DNA of 64,000 nt. It comes from Phyllobates terribilis (lineage: Eukaryota). Positions 52,891 through 64,000 of the stretch are shown here, one piece after another. The position numbers and the translations under genes were made by a program. The notes beneath the pieces were generated by a model that did no database searches, was not told the DNA's origin, and saw nothing but the letters and a program-made list of their open reading frames with translations. The DNA is taken from positions 54,312,001 to 54,376,000 of the forward strand of contig NW_027362772.1 in NCBI RefSeq assembly GCF_046119375.1. Reading direction: 5' to 3'. Every line of letters starts with the position of its first letter. Position 1 is the first letter of the stretch.

Positions 52891-55800
52891 TGTATCTAGA
52901 GCTGTGGCCCCCTAAATCTATATTTATGCTTTGATGTATCTCTATCTGGGTGGCATCGCCTTTAAATCTCGTAAGAGCAAAACATACCAGAGCAACAATC
53001 TAGTATTAGCATAGACGAGGAATAAACCAATATAGTGCACTGTCCGTTGTGAGGTTCCTCCTTCTGTCGCTTGCCCTGCAGTATACCCGGCCATTAGCCG
53101 TTTCTGATATCTAATGTATTGTACATGCATGGAGTTTCTTCTGCGCACATGCCAATGTCATACCTGGGTGTTGTGTAATAAAGCGGTAGTGTGTATGCCA
53201 AGCTCCACGTCATCGTAGAAGCATGAATGATATGATAATAGGATGGCGAATCAGCAGTGTCCTGTAGGTCGGCACTACGCTCATGTAAGGGGATCCCCTA
53301 ATTCCTATATCTCAAGAAACCTGTTTGGTGCCTGAAGACCACGTAGGAGAAAATCCACCCAATATGCCGTCTTGTAGTACTGATGTGCCACTCATATGAG
53401 CAAAAAGATTCACCTTACCCTTGCTGGACCTTCTTTGCCCGGCACTCGAATGCCGGCATCTTGGCCACCTCTTGCAATTACTAGGTTCCCTCAACTTTCA
53501 TGATCTAATGAGGGCTTAGTAATTGCAAGAGGTGCCCAGAATGCCAGGATTCGAAAGCCGGGCAAGGAAGTTTGCACTGCCACAGGGCACAGAAGTGAAT
53601 GCCGGACAAGGGTAGGCGCATCTTTTTGCTCTACTCTATCCATAATATTGTTATGGTATTAATGTGGGATGCAGTAGAGTTTTCTGCCCAGTAGTAGTGC
53701 CCGCAAACTTCTGCATAGTCGTAGAGTAGCAATTTTGGGGCCTTGAGTTTAACTAGGGCCGATGGGAGCGACCAGTGTCCTCCTGATAAGAGTGTTGCAA
53801 CATGGTAGTGCCCATATAGAAAAAGCAGCACTACAGGCGCAGCTTCCACATAATTGTGCATGACGGTAGTATTACGATAGAATTGTTGTTGACTCCGTGA
53901 GGCCAATATGCACAGTACTAATGCCCACACAGTTAATTACGCTGTTAGTAGTAAACTAGGATGGATTTGCATGATCGTGCATAGTAGTACCATCATGGCT
54001 GAAATGATGGCACCACATCTTTCCGCTTCTCCTACTTTTCTTCTCTAAAAAACATGGCCGCCCCCATTTGGCTTATAGATATGCTGCAACGGGACGACTC
54101 AGAAATGAATTGCACTCATTTTTCGGGCAGTCTAATGTACGTATTCCTCCGGTAGACGAGCAGCAGAACGACAACTTGTTTGCACTGATTGATTGTAATT
54201 TGCATGGTGCGATAGTAAATGGCTGCAATTTGCATCTGTGCATTAGCGCTATGACTGCTGTAGTTTCTATCAGCTCATCAGAATAACGATTTCTCAACAG
54301 TTGCTTGAAAAAATAAAAATAAAAAAAAAAGCATGTTATAACAGCGTGTCGTCCGGAACGCTCACAACAGGTGTGAACAGGTGTGAGCTCTTATCCATAT
54401 GTCTGATTACCATCTTGTGTCTTGTTTTGATGATTTGGCTAATAAACGGGCTGTTGTCGCACCAGTCCTCATCGTGTTCATTTACGTTCTGCGCGGCTGG
54501 GACACGCGGGTGTTGTTCCGGTGATCGCACCTGTCATTGTTATGCAGCGTATACATTTCTACCCAGCGCTGCAGAATACGCTTTCCTATACCGAAGGCCA
54601 TCACAAAAATCACATCATGGCGGCCCTATGGTCATTCAGACTTTTTGATGTCTACCTAATGAGCGAAGAACTTATCTGTATCACACAGGTCCACCAAAAC
54701 CCAGTTGGCACTGCCATCAGTTTAAGGCCACCATATTTTCCGTCTGAGTGCGATCCAACAAAACATTGGATCACACTCAGACCGATGTTATTCTATGGGG
54801 TCACGCACATGTCTGATAATCAGATCAAACTCGGCCATGCTTCGATTCTTTCTTCCAAAGAATCGCAGCATGTCAGAGTTTGATCCGATTATCCATGCAA
54901 GTCAATGAGTGCATGGGAAACATTGGCACTTGGATGTCATCTAAGTGTGGTTTGATTTCCGAGCACTGAAACAATGAAGAAGATGGAGAAATTATGCTCT
55001 CCATCTTCTCCACAGTGTGCTCCAATTCTCTCATCCTAGAGAATCGGATCGCGCTATGCCGACACTCAGATCAGAGTATCATTTGCATAATCGGCCCAAT
55101 TTTCTCGGATTATCAAGGCAGACAACTCCCCTAATGTGCGCCCCTACAAGTCGCCCCATCTTCTTCTGGTTTCTCCTACACTGACTGTTTCATGCACATG
55201 GCTCGACTAAGAATCTATACTGCTTAGCAATAGAAATGAGCAGACTCGAACTTTAAAATTCGGGGTTCGTACCACACACTTAGCGTCTGTTGCTGAACCC
55301 TGAACACGGACTTCTCCCGGAAGTCTGTTTTAATGTGAGTTTCGAGGGAAGGTCGGAAAGAGACTGAGAATTTTCCAGCTCCGAAATCCGGGTCCCCATT
55401 CATTTCAATGGAGTTTCGGTTCATGTTCAAGTTCGGGTAACGTTCTTTAGCCAAACCGAACTTTGGACATAAAGATCAGGCAGGTGCCAGAACCCAGGGC
55501 CGACGTCAGCACCCGGGCAAGTGCCAGGGTCCTGGACCATCAGGAGGGGCCCACTCTCCGTCGAGGCCCGGACCGCTTCCCCGGCATCTGTGCAGGACCG
55601 CTGGCGCTGTTTGATTGCCGACACTTCACCAGACATGGCCGCGCGCTGTGCGGCTGTGTCTGCTAGTAATGACACGGCAGGGGCGACACTGCGCCTTTAA
55701 CTTGTGTGTTGCCCCTGCCGTGTCATTACTTAAAGTTTGACATGATAAATTAGCCATAAACTTCTGGATAATGAAAAAGATTTTCAAAAATATGCATCAA

Positions 55801-56479
55801 AGAACTAAGTGTGAACATAGCCTCAGAGTTTCATCAGGTTTTTGGGTGGTTTTTTTTTTTGCATACGCAGTTTTCTCAAGCTACTAAGATGGCAGCTTTG
55901 TGCTGCATCGGATCAAAAACAGTCAAGTGTCCATTTTTTGTGGGCACTTGTTGTGCAAAAAAGCCTTGGACGTGTGAATATCCCCGTAGAACAAAATGGC
56001 GACGTTTTCTGTCAGTGAAAACTATGGCTACAACTCGTCCGTTTAACACGGTCGTGTTAATGAGGCCTGACCGGGAAATACTGCCCACGGTCACGTTGCC
56101 TCAGATTAGCCCGCACGTGCTATGGCGGCCGAGCCGCTTTAATTACAGTAAAAAAAATCGCCACAGAACATAAGAACCGTGGCAATTTTTGGTCACATGA
56201 CAACGAATGTCACTAGGGGCCACGTCATTGTGTACGGTATATTCAAAGGTAACGGTTTTACAACCGCAATCACGTAAAAATCTGAGGTGAAAGCGGTACA
56301 TAGTCTGTCAATAGCGCACAATGTTTGATATTTATTAGTAAATTTGTATTGGCCATAGGGTTCCAGTCATAAAATGGAAGCAAATACATCTTACTACATT
56401 TTCCAACTTTTAACCTTATAAGATATATATAATTATATTGACTATTTTTATTTAAAAAAAAAAAAGCAAATGGTAATGC

Positions 56480-56700
56480 CTCCTGCAAGATGGCCGCTGC
56501 AGAGTGACCATCACGTGACGGGGCCGTCTTCCTGTTTTCGGCAACCGCTGACGTCACGGGCAGCAAAGAGGACTCCTCCCATTGGCTGAGCATCACCTGT
56601 GCGGGTTCTTTTTTTTTTTTTTCTTTCTACTTGGTTGTGATGGAAACGGCGTTGAGGCGCTGACCTCTGAGGCTGCCCGGAGGGACGAGGTGAGGAGGGA
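56480..56700 (+). promoter_or_regulatory. Candidate CpG-rich promoter and first non-coding exon of a downstream gene
   Basis: CAAGATGGCCGC (YY1-like), ATCACGTGAC (E-box), CTTCCTG (ETS), TGACGTCA (CRE) and ATTGG clustered in ~100 bp; donor GAG|GTGAGG at 56690. Confidence 0.55.
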
Positions 56701-57865
56701 GGTCATGTGACCAGGGTGGTGGGAGATGGTGGGCTGTGACGTGGGACACCGGGGACTGGTGGGGGGCGAGCTGTGCTTAGCTATGTGCCTTAGAGGACGG
56801 AGACCACCCAGTCACGTGATGTCTGCAATCAGGACACTGTGCAGATACACAGAGGAGCCTCCCATTCACTTCAATGGGGAGTGACCAGGCTTAAAGGGAT
56901 TGTCCAGGATTTGTGGGGGAGGGGAGCAGTTTCACTGGTGAGTATTTTATTTATTTATTTTTCATTTTTTTTATTTTATTTTATTTCTTTTTAAATTGCA
57001 TTTTAATGCTGTTATTTTTGGGATTTGGGGCTTTTTAAAAGATCTATCAGTCCAATTTATATTTGCCTTTTTTGTGTGTCCCCCCCCCCCCCATTTTTCA
57101 TTTGCGCCTTTTTTTATTTAATTTTTTTATTTTGCAATTTTTTATTTTAATTTTACTTTTTATTTTGCAACTTTTTTATTTTATTTTTTTTATTTTGCAA
57201 CTTTTTTATTTTATTTTTTTATTTTGCAACTTTTTTTTTTTTTATTTGTCAAGTTGTGTTTTTTTTTTTTTTTTGTTTTTTTTAATGTTTGTCACATAGG
57301 GCAGTGTTTTCTATCCAGACGATTCCTCAACTTTTTTAAAAAGTCGCATAATTTTTGGCACAAATGCCCCCCCCCCCCCCCCTCCCCCTCCCGGGTTATT
57401 TTATGCACATCTGTCTAAATTTTTTTGCACATATTTTGCTCTAAAAAGGCACAAAAAAGGGATAAAAAACAGAAAAATAGTAGAATTGAATTCAAGAATC
57501 ACATGTGCCGTTTTGACAAATTTGGAGCAAAAAAAGTCAACGAGGACATGATTAAAAAGGAAAAAATATATAAAACAAATCACAAATGATGACTTAAGCC
57601 ACTGGTGTTAATGGTATTACAACCTCTAAATAAAATATCGGTCACCGTTCATTAATTCCATCCGACCGGGATCGGAGAAAAATGATGATCCTGGTCGTAT
57701 TAAACCCTTTATGGTGCCGCAGTCAGTGGTTTTCGTGCCATCTAAGTGGTTAGATAGAGGGAGAGGCTCCCTCAGTTATTGCATCCGCTCGCGCGCCATC
57801 CTGGACTCCTAGATCTTGCCAGTTGCGGACAGTGTGTGCAAGCGCCATAGAAAAGAGCTTGTAAG

Positions 57866-58354
57866 TAGTGATAAGCGAACCTGAACTTAAAAACAAGTCC
57901 GTTGCGATGTCCGGAGTCCCGGGGGAAGTCCGTTGCGATGTCCGGAGTCCCGGGGGAAGTCCGTTGCGATGTCCGGGGTCCCGGGGGAAGTCCGTTGCGA
58001 TGTCCGGGGTCCCGGGGGAAGTCCGTTGCGATGTCCAGGGTCCCGGGGGAAGTCCGTTGCGATGTCCGGGGTCCCGAGGGAAGTCCGTTGCGATGTCCGG
58101 GGTCCCGGGGGAAGTCCGTTGCGATATCCGGGGTCCCGGGGGAAGTCCGTTGCGATGTCCGGGGTCCCGGGGGAAGTCCGTTGCGATGTCCGGGGTCCCG
58201 GGGGAAGTCCCTTGCAGAGAGAGAGAGAGAGAGATTTTTTTTTTCCAGATCAAAAGTTCAGGTACCCAATATTTTGAATGGGTTTCAAGTTCGGGTGCAG
58301 TTCTGGTATCTGAATCGAACTTTGGAATAACTTCCACGGGTCCGCTCATCCCTA
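57866..58354. mobile_element. hAT MITE carrying a 31-bp minisatellite (~10 copies)
   Basis: TIR TAGTGATAAGCGAACC / GGGTCCGCTCATCCCTA; perfect 8-bp TSD CTTGTAAG; unit ggggaagtccgttgcgatgtccggggtcccg. Confidence 0.9.
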
Positions 58355-60969
58355 CTTGTAAGCCCTAGGAGACCTCAGAGGTGGTTTGTAACCTAGGCAA
58401 CGAGCTGTAAACTGTAGAAGGAAAAATCCCTCCATTCTTGAGTACCTAGGAAAGGATTTTTAATAAGAGATAAATTACAAAATTGTTTGATTTGTTTATT
58501 CTACAAGCACTTTGCAATTTTAGCCATATAAGAGGTCAAGACGACCCCTTTAAATTCCATGAGCTGTAGAAAATGTCAAAAAAACTCCAGTGACCACAAT
58601 GGTCTTTAATGGCACCTGCAGCCTATCTACAATGTGAAGACCCCCAAACAAAAAGCACCCCGCGTCTCAGTGTTACATTGGGGGGGCGGGCTGGTATATG
58701 TCAGCCCGAGGCTTCATATTGTATACTTTATAAATGGGAACATTTAGGGTCCTCTTCTGCCGTCGCCGCTCGTCTAGGGATCAGTCTTGTAACCTATAGA
58801 GGAAAGTCATGGACTTGCTTGACTGCTACATATTAAACACTCAACTGCAAAGACTTTGGGAAGTAAGACCCCAATTTAGCAAGGCTGGCTTTTGAAGATC
58901 GCACGGGTTGGAACAGTATGCCCCAAATTCGTTGTGTTTTTTTTTTAATGAATTTGGTGCATCTTTTTATTTTCCTTGCTCCACCGCAAAAAAATGTACG
59001 CTGGTCGGTGACTGGAGTAATTTATGATACTTTTGTGGCATAAATTATGATGAATTTTTCGGGCACATATCCTCTCGGCTGATTTTTTTGGAAAACTGGA
59101 GAATTGGCCCTGACTGGCATAAAAAAATGTAAAAAAAAACGCCAAAAGTTTCACAAAAACTTTGCAAGTTTTCAAACAGTTCTACTCCTGATTTCTACAG
59201 AAGGATAAACCATGGAGGATGGATCTTTAACTGCGCTGCCAGAGACACCATATGATGAGAAAGGAGATCCAGGAGTCAGTATTGAAAATGGCGATTTTAT
59301 TAGTCAACTTGTATCAACGTTCACAGGCTTCTTCATCAGGACAGATTGTGAATTCTGGCGCAAAAACTGATGAATCGAGGCCTAAATAACCTAAGTATGA
59401 ATGGACCCATTTGGCTCACAGATATTCCTCTCCATCCCATACACATGTACACTCTTGTCTCAACTGAATGTGCATGTGCTTTCAACAGTGAGAAACCTCT
59501 TGCAGAAGCTAAAGGATCGGGCCCATTGGAACCCAACATGACTGACCCTTTTCGACGACATCTGCGACCCTACCATACATATAAAATGCGTGTCTGGTCC
59601 TGCCGAAATGAGTGGGTTTTGTACATGTTGGGTATGACTGTCGTCATACTGATCTGAAGAATTATTTTTCCGGGTCATTTTTACGAAACAATGAACACTG
59701 TAAAAAAAAAAAAAAAAAAAAAAAAAATCAATGGCAGAATAGATGTTTTTTTCTACAATTTTGCCACATAAAATTTTTCAGTCCATTACAGGATCAAATG
59801 AATGGTCATTCGAAATTAGGACTCCTGCAAAAAAACCAAAACAAGCCCCTCAACATGGATGGAAAAATAAAAAAAAGGGTCATGATTTTTGGAAGAAGAA
59901 GAAAATTGAAAATGCAAAAATTAAAAGTCAACGGGTCCTTTTGGGTTTAGAAGGGTTATTACCATCAACCCAATGTTTGTAAGAAGAGCAGGACGAGAGC
60001 GCCGTTGGCTTAAACAGAGGCTTCAACTAAGGGCCCCTTGAATATCGCAGCACGTTCACGGCCGGCATTTGTATTCACGTTTAGCCGCCTCCATATATTT
60101 TTCTAGAAAGTCGGAGTCTCGCTGTCGTCAGTGAGATGAGATTATTTCCTTTCCCGGGCCGCGCACAATATACGCTCCTAATTTGTGCACAGAACGTGTC
60201 CCGTCTGTAGACGCGCAGTAAAACTTGTCGTCTGCACCGTATCAGAAGAGGTGATTTAAGCTGCTCCCTTCCACGGAGGGGAAATTTTGTAACATCTAGT
60301 CGGCCATCGAGCAACTGGAAATTTGCAATTTTTCTTTTGCCGTCTGCTGTATTTATAGAGAGAGTTCACGACTAATAAGTCCGTAGAGCTCACGTGACCA
60401 TGAAGAGCTGATTACTGAGCAGTAATGGGGACCTGTCAACTCTCCTGCCATTCCTGTTTCAATAAATACTATTACTCCCCCTGAATTTTATCTGAGTTAA
60501 TGGATTTGAATAGATCGGAGCTAAATTAAAAAAAAAAAACATACACCTTCCCGCAATTTGATATAGCAGAGGTGGAGGGTGCACTTACTTTACTGCCACT
60601 TTGTCCATGCAAAGTAAGACACAGCTACACTTAAACTACAATTGACAGGATCGGAGAAATCGTTGATCCAGTAGTTAAGTCTCTCATTAAAGGGCGGACC
60701 ACCTTGTGGCTGTGATTACTGGTAGATGGCACAAAACGTGATTGGCTGCAGCGTTGATATGTCAAGGCTGCAGCTTGTATACAAAAACCAGGACAGCAGC
60801 AGAGAGGCAGAGCTGCACCTGGGTAAGGTAAGTAACGGCTCTTTTTATTATTTTAAGCCTGCGGATCGAGTAAAGAAAATACTTCCAAGAAAACCTAGAA
60901 TTGTTGCGTTAACGCAAATATAACTTTTTGAAGGGTGAGATGAAAAATGGACAAGTTTTGAGAATTTAA

Positions 60970-61342
60970 AGGGGTCCGTCCACCCTTTCCCACTTCTAAA
61001 ACCACATACCGATCCCCTGCTGCTCCTCGTAGCACTGCAAGAGTCTCCTGCCGGTCTTGGTTGCTTTTTGTTTAGACAGGGGCAGGCATGTGACCTCTGT
61101 GGCCACTAATTTACAGCAGAAATGGGGGTCTGTACATACCTTTTCCAGTCGTACGGACATGTGATTGCTGCAGCTGGGACTATATGAAGAGGCTGCTGCG
61201 ATCACTTGCCCGTCCCGGCTAGGTGGGTAAGTATCGAGACTGGCTGGGGACTAATGCAGGGGATCAGTCGGTCAGTCAAATTTATTCTTCGATCATGCTG
61301 GGCCTGGTTTTTGGGTGTGAAAAAAAGAGGTGGACAACCCCC
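60970..61342. mobile_element. T2-type MITE
   Basis: TTAA flanks; ends AGGGGTCCGTCCACC / GGTGGACAACCCC. Confidence 0.65.
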
Positions 61343-62089
61343 TTAATTAACTATTACGATGGAACACAAAAAGTAAGCAAAAGTCCTTGCCCCCGAGTTA
61401 AACATGCCATCATAATCATTTCGGAAGCTAAGAAAGTTTCTCAGATCTTTGAAGAAGTGAAGGAACATAAACCCGGGCCAAATTCTCAATGTCCGTCACC
61501 CTTCTAGTTTCCTTTTTTTTTTTTTTTTGGAGGACCTCAAGTGTTAATCTTAAAAAATCGACACTGCAACAACCAAGGGCTGACTTTTATATCATATTTT
61601 TCTGCTCGTGACTGAACCGTGAAATACAATAATTACCCTGGCCAGCTAACCTTACAGGAGATTGCCCTCTTCACTGGCCACAATCAGATTTTTTATTTTT
61701 TTTTAAAGGCTCACAAATCGTCAGTGCAGGAATTGAAGATTAACATTGTGTCCGGATGTTATAAGCTACAGTATATGAGAAATGAATGGCCAGGTAAAAG
61801 AAAAGACGACGGCATCAATTCTAGTCGGTTATGGATCGTCAAAGCGTATTAAATAGACCTCCAGGGAAATGACCATATTTCTACAAAATTATACCCAAAA
61901 TAATAACACTAATGTAAGAAGAAATATAGGAAAAGGGATACATGCTACAAAGTAGTGTCAGTTTATGCTATTTCTTTCGCCAATTTTCTGGCACAAATTG
62001 TATTAATTTTTTTAAGCCATGAGTGTCACCACTTCCTTCTGCTAAGTGACTAGAAGACACTGTCACTGACCTGGCTATTTATTTTACTC

Positions 62090-62265
62090 ACTTATATGAC
62101 ACTGTAAATTTCCACAGCGCTTTACAGACATCATCATCACTTTCCATTGGAGCTCACAATCTAAATTTTCCAACAGAACATACAAACGTCTTTGTGGGTT
62201 TTGAACCCAGGACTCCAGGGCTACAAGGCCACAGTACTAACCACTGAGGCACCATGTTGTCCATT
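62090..62265 (-). mobile_element. tRNA-derived SINE with L2-like tail
   Basis: The minus strand has A-box-like GCCTCAGTGGTTAG and B-box-like GGGTTCAAAACCC, and a 3' TGTAAAGCGCTGTGGAA..TATA..AAATAAA. Confidence 0.65.
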
Positions 62266-62274
62266 AGTTATTAT

Positions 62275-63970
62275 ACAGTACTACAATACTACCCCCATTG
62301 TACAAGAATATAACTACTATAATACTACCCCCATTGTACAAGAATATAACTACTATAATACTGCCCCTATGTACGAGAATATAACTACTATAATACTGCC
62401 CCCTATGTACAAGAATATAACTACTCTAATACTGCCCCCTATGTACAAGAATATAATTACTATAATACTGCTCCCTATGTACAAGAATATAGCTATTATA
62501 ATACTGCCCCCTATGTACAAGGAATATAGCTACTATAATACTGCCCCTATGTACAAGAATATAGCTACTATAATACTGCCCCCTATGTACAAGAATATAA
62601 CTACTATAATACTGCCCCTATGTACAAGAATATAGCTACTATAATACTGCCCCTATGTACAAGAATATAACTACTATAATACTGCCCCTATGTACAAGAA
62701 TATAACTACTATAATACTGCCCCTATGTACAAGAATATAACTACTATAATACTGACCCTATGTACAAGAATATAACTACTATAATACTACCCACTATGTA
62801 CAAGAATATAACTACTATAATACTGCCCATATGTACAAGAATATAACTACTATAATACTGCTCCCTATGTACAAGAATATAACTACTATAATACTGCTTC
62901 TATGTACTAGAATATAACTACTATAATACTGCTCCTATGTACAAGAATATAACTACTATAATACAGCTCCTATGTACAGGAATATAACTACTATAATACT
63001 GCTCCTATGTACAAGAATATAACTACTATAATACTGCCCCTATGTACAAGAATATAACTATTATAATACTGCTCCTATGTACAAGAATATAACTATTATA
63101 ATACTGCTCCTATGTACAAGAATATAACTACTATAATACTGCTTCTATGTACAAGAATATAACTACTATAATACTGCCCCTATGTACAAGAATATAACTA
63201 CTATAATACTGCTCCTATGTACAAGAATATAACTACTATAATACTGCCCCCTATGTACAAGAATATAACTACTATATTACTGCTTCTATGTACAAGAATA
63301 TAACTACTATAATACTGCCCCTATGTACAATAATATAACTACTATAATACTGCTCCTATGTACAAGAATATAACTACTATAATACTGCTCCTATGTACAA
63401 GAATATAACTACTATAATACTGCCCCTATGTACAAGAATATAACTACTATAATACTGCCCCTATGTACAAGAATATAACTACTATAATACTGCCCCTATG
63501 TACAAGAATATAACTACTATAATACTGCTCCTATGTACAAGAATATAACTACTATAATACTGCTCCTATGTACAAGAATATAACTACTATAATACTGCTC
63601 CTATGTACAAGAATATAACTACTATAATACTGCCCCTATGCACAAGAATATAACTACTATAATACTGCTCCTATGTACAAGAATATAACTACTATAATAC
63701 TGCCCCCTATGTACAAGAATATAACTACTATATTACTGCTTCTATGTACAAGAATATAACTACTATAATACTGCCCCTATGTACAATAATATAACTACTA
63801 TAATACTGCTCCTATGTACAAGAATATAACTACTATAATACTGCTCCTATGTACAAGAATATAACTACTATAATACTGCCCCCTATGTACAAGAATATAA
63901 CTACTATATTACTGCTTCTATGTACAAGAATATAACTACTATAATACTGCTCCCTATGTACAATTATATA
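62275..63970. repeat. ~38-39 bp tandem satellite (CTATGTACAAGAATATAACTACTATAATACTGC[T/C]C), ~1.7 kb
   Basis: More than 40 visible tandem units. Confidence 0.97.
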
Positions 63971-64000
63971 CAGTGGTGGCCAAAAGTATTGGCACCCCTG
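63971..64000. mobile_element. Start of another Tc1 copy of the 4095-5666 family
   Basis: TA followed by CAGTGGTGGCCAAAAGTATTGGCACCCCTG, one mismatch to the TIR at 4095. Confidence 0.88.

Noticed and set aside
57750-58368. Repetitive 114-199 aa ORFs resembling a tandem array or CRISPR
   Set aside because: These are 31-bp head-to-tail units without unique spacers inside a hAT MITE, in eukaryotic DNA with no cas genes.
59300-59345. Second hammerhead-like motif (minus strand CTGATGAAGAAGCCTGTGAACGTTG)
   Set aside because: There is no intact GAAA or closed stem II, so it is at best a decayed PLE remnant.

Overview
Eukaryotic, repeat-dense vertebrate DNA, most likely from a frog (inferred from the CR1, L2, T2-type MITE, Harbinger MITE and satellite families present). 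Two host genes can be built from ORFs plus splice sites. The first is irgq on the minus strand (coding exons 40395-39749 and 38427-37314, about 586 aa). The second is a divergently oriented IRGQ-like paralogue on the plus strand (50014-50678 and 51846-52890, about 569 aa). Both fuse two IRG-type GTPase domains across a phase-2 intron. Between their 5' ends lies the most striking element: a very young 5.0-kb LTR retroelement (42925-47934). It has apparently identical 1212-bp LTRs, a tRNA-Ser PBS, a PPT and a TGTG TSD. It lacks pol, and its only long ORF ends in a cold-shock domain. This element sits in a Harbinger MITE that also holds a Penelope-like insertion whose perfect 119-bp inverted repeat encodes a hammerhead ribozyme core on each strand. 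The left part of the window is a nested stack. A minus-strand CR1 is interrupted by a 10.8-kb hAT (decayed BED/DDE transposase plus a higher-order tandem array), a Harbinger MITE, and a DD34E Tc1 that itself contains a DD35E Tc1. Other content includes further Tc1 copies, an L2 LINE, hAT/T2 MITEs, a SINE, a candidate promoter near 56.5 kb, and a ~38-bp satellite at both ends in opposite orientations. All homology calls come from motif recognition and memory; no database search was run.
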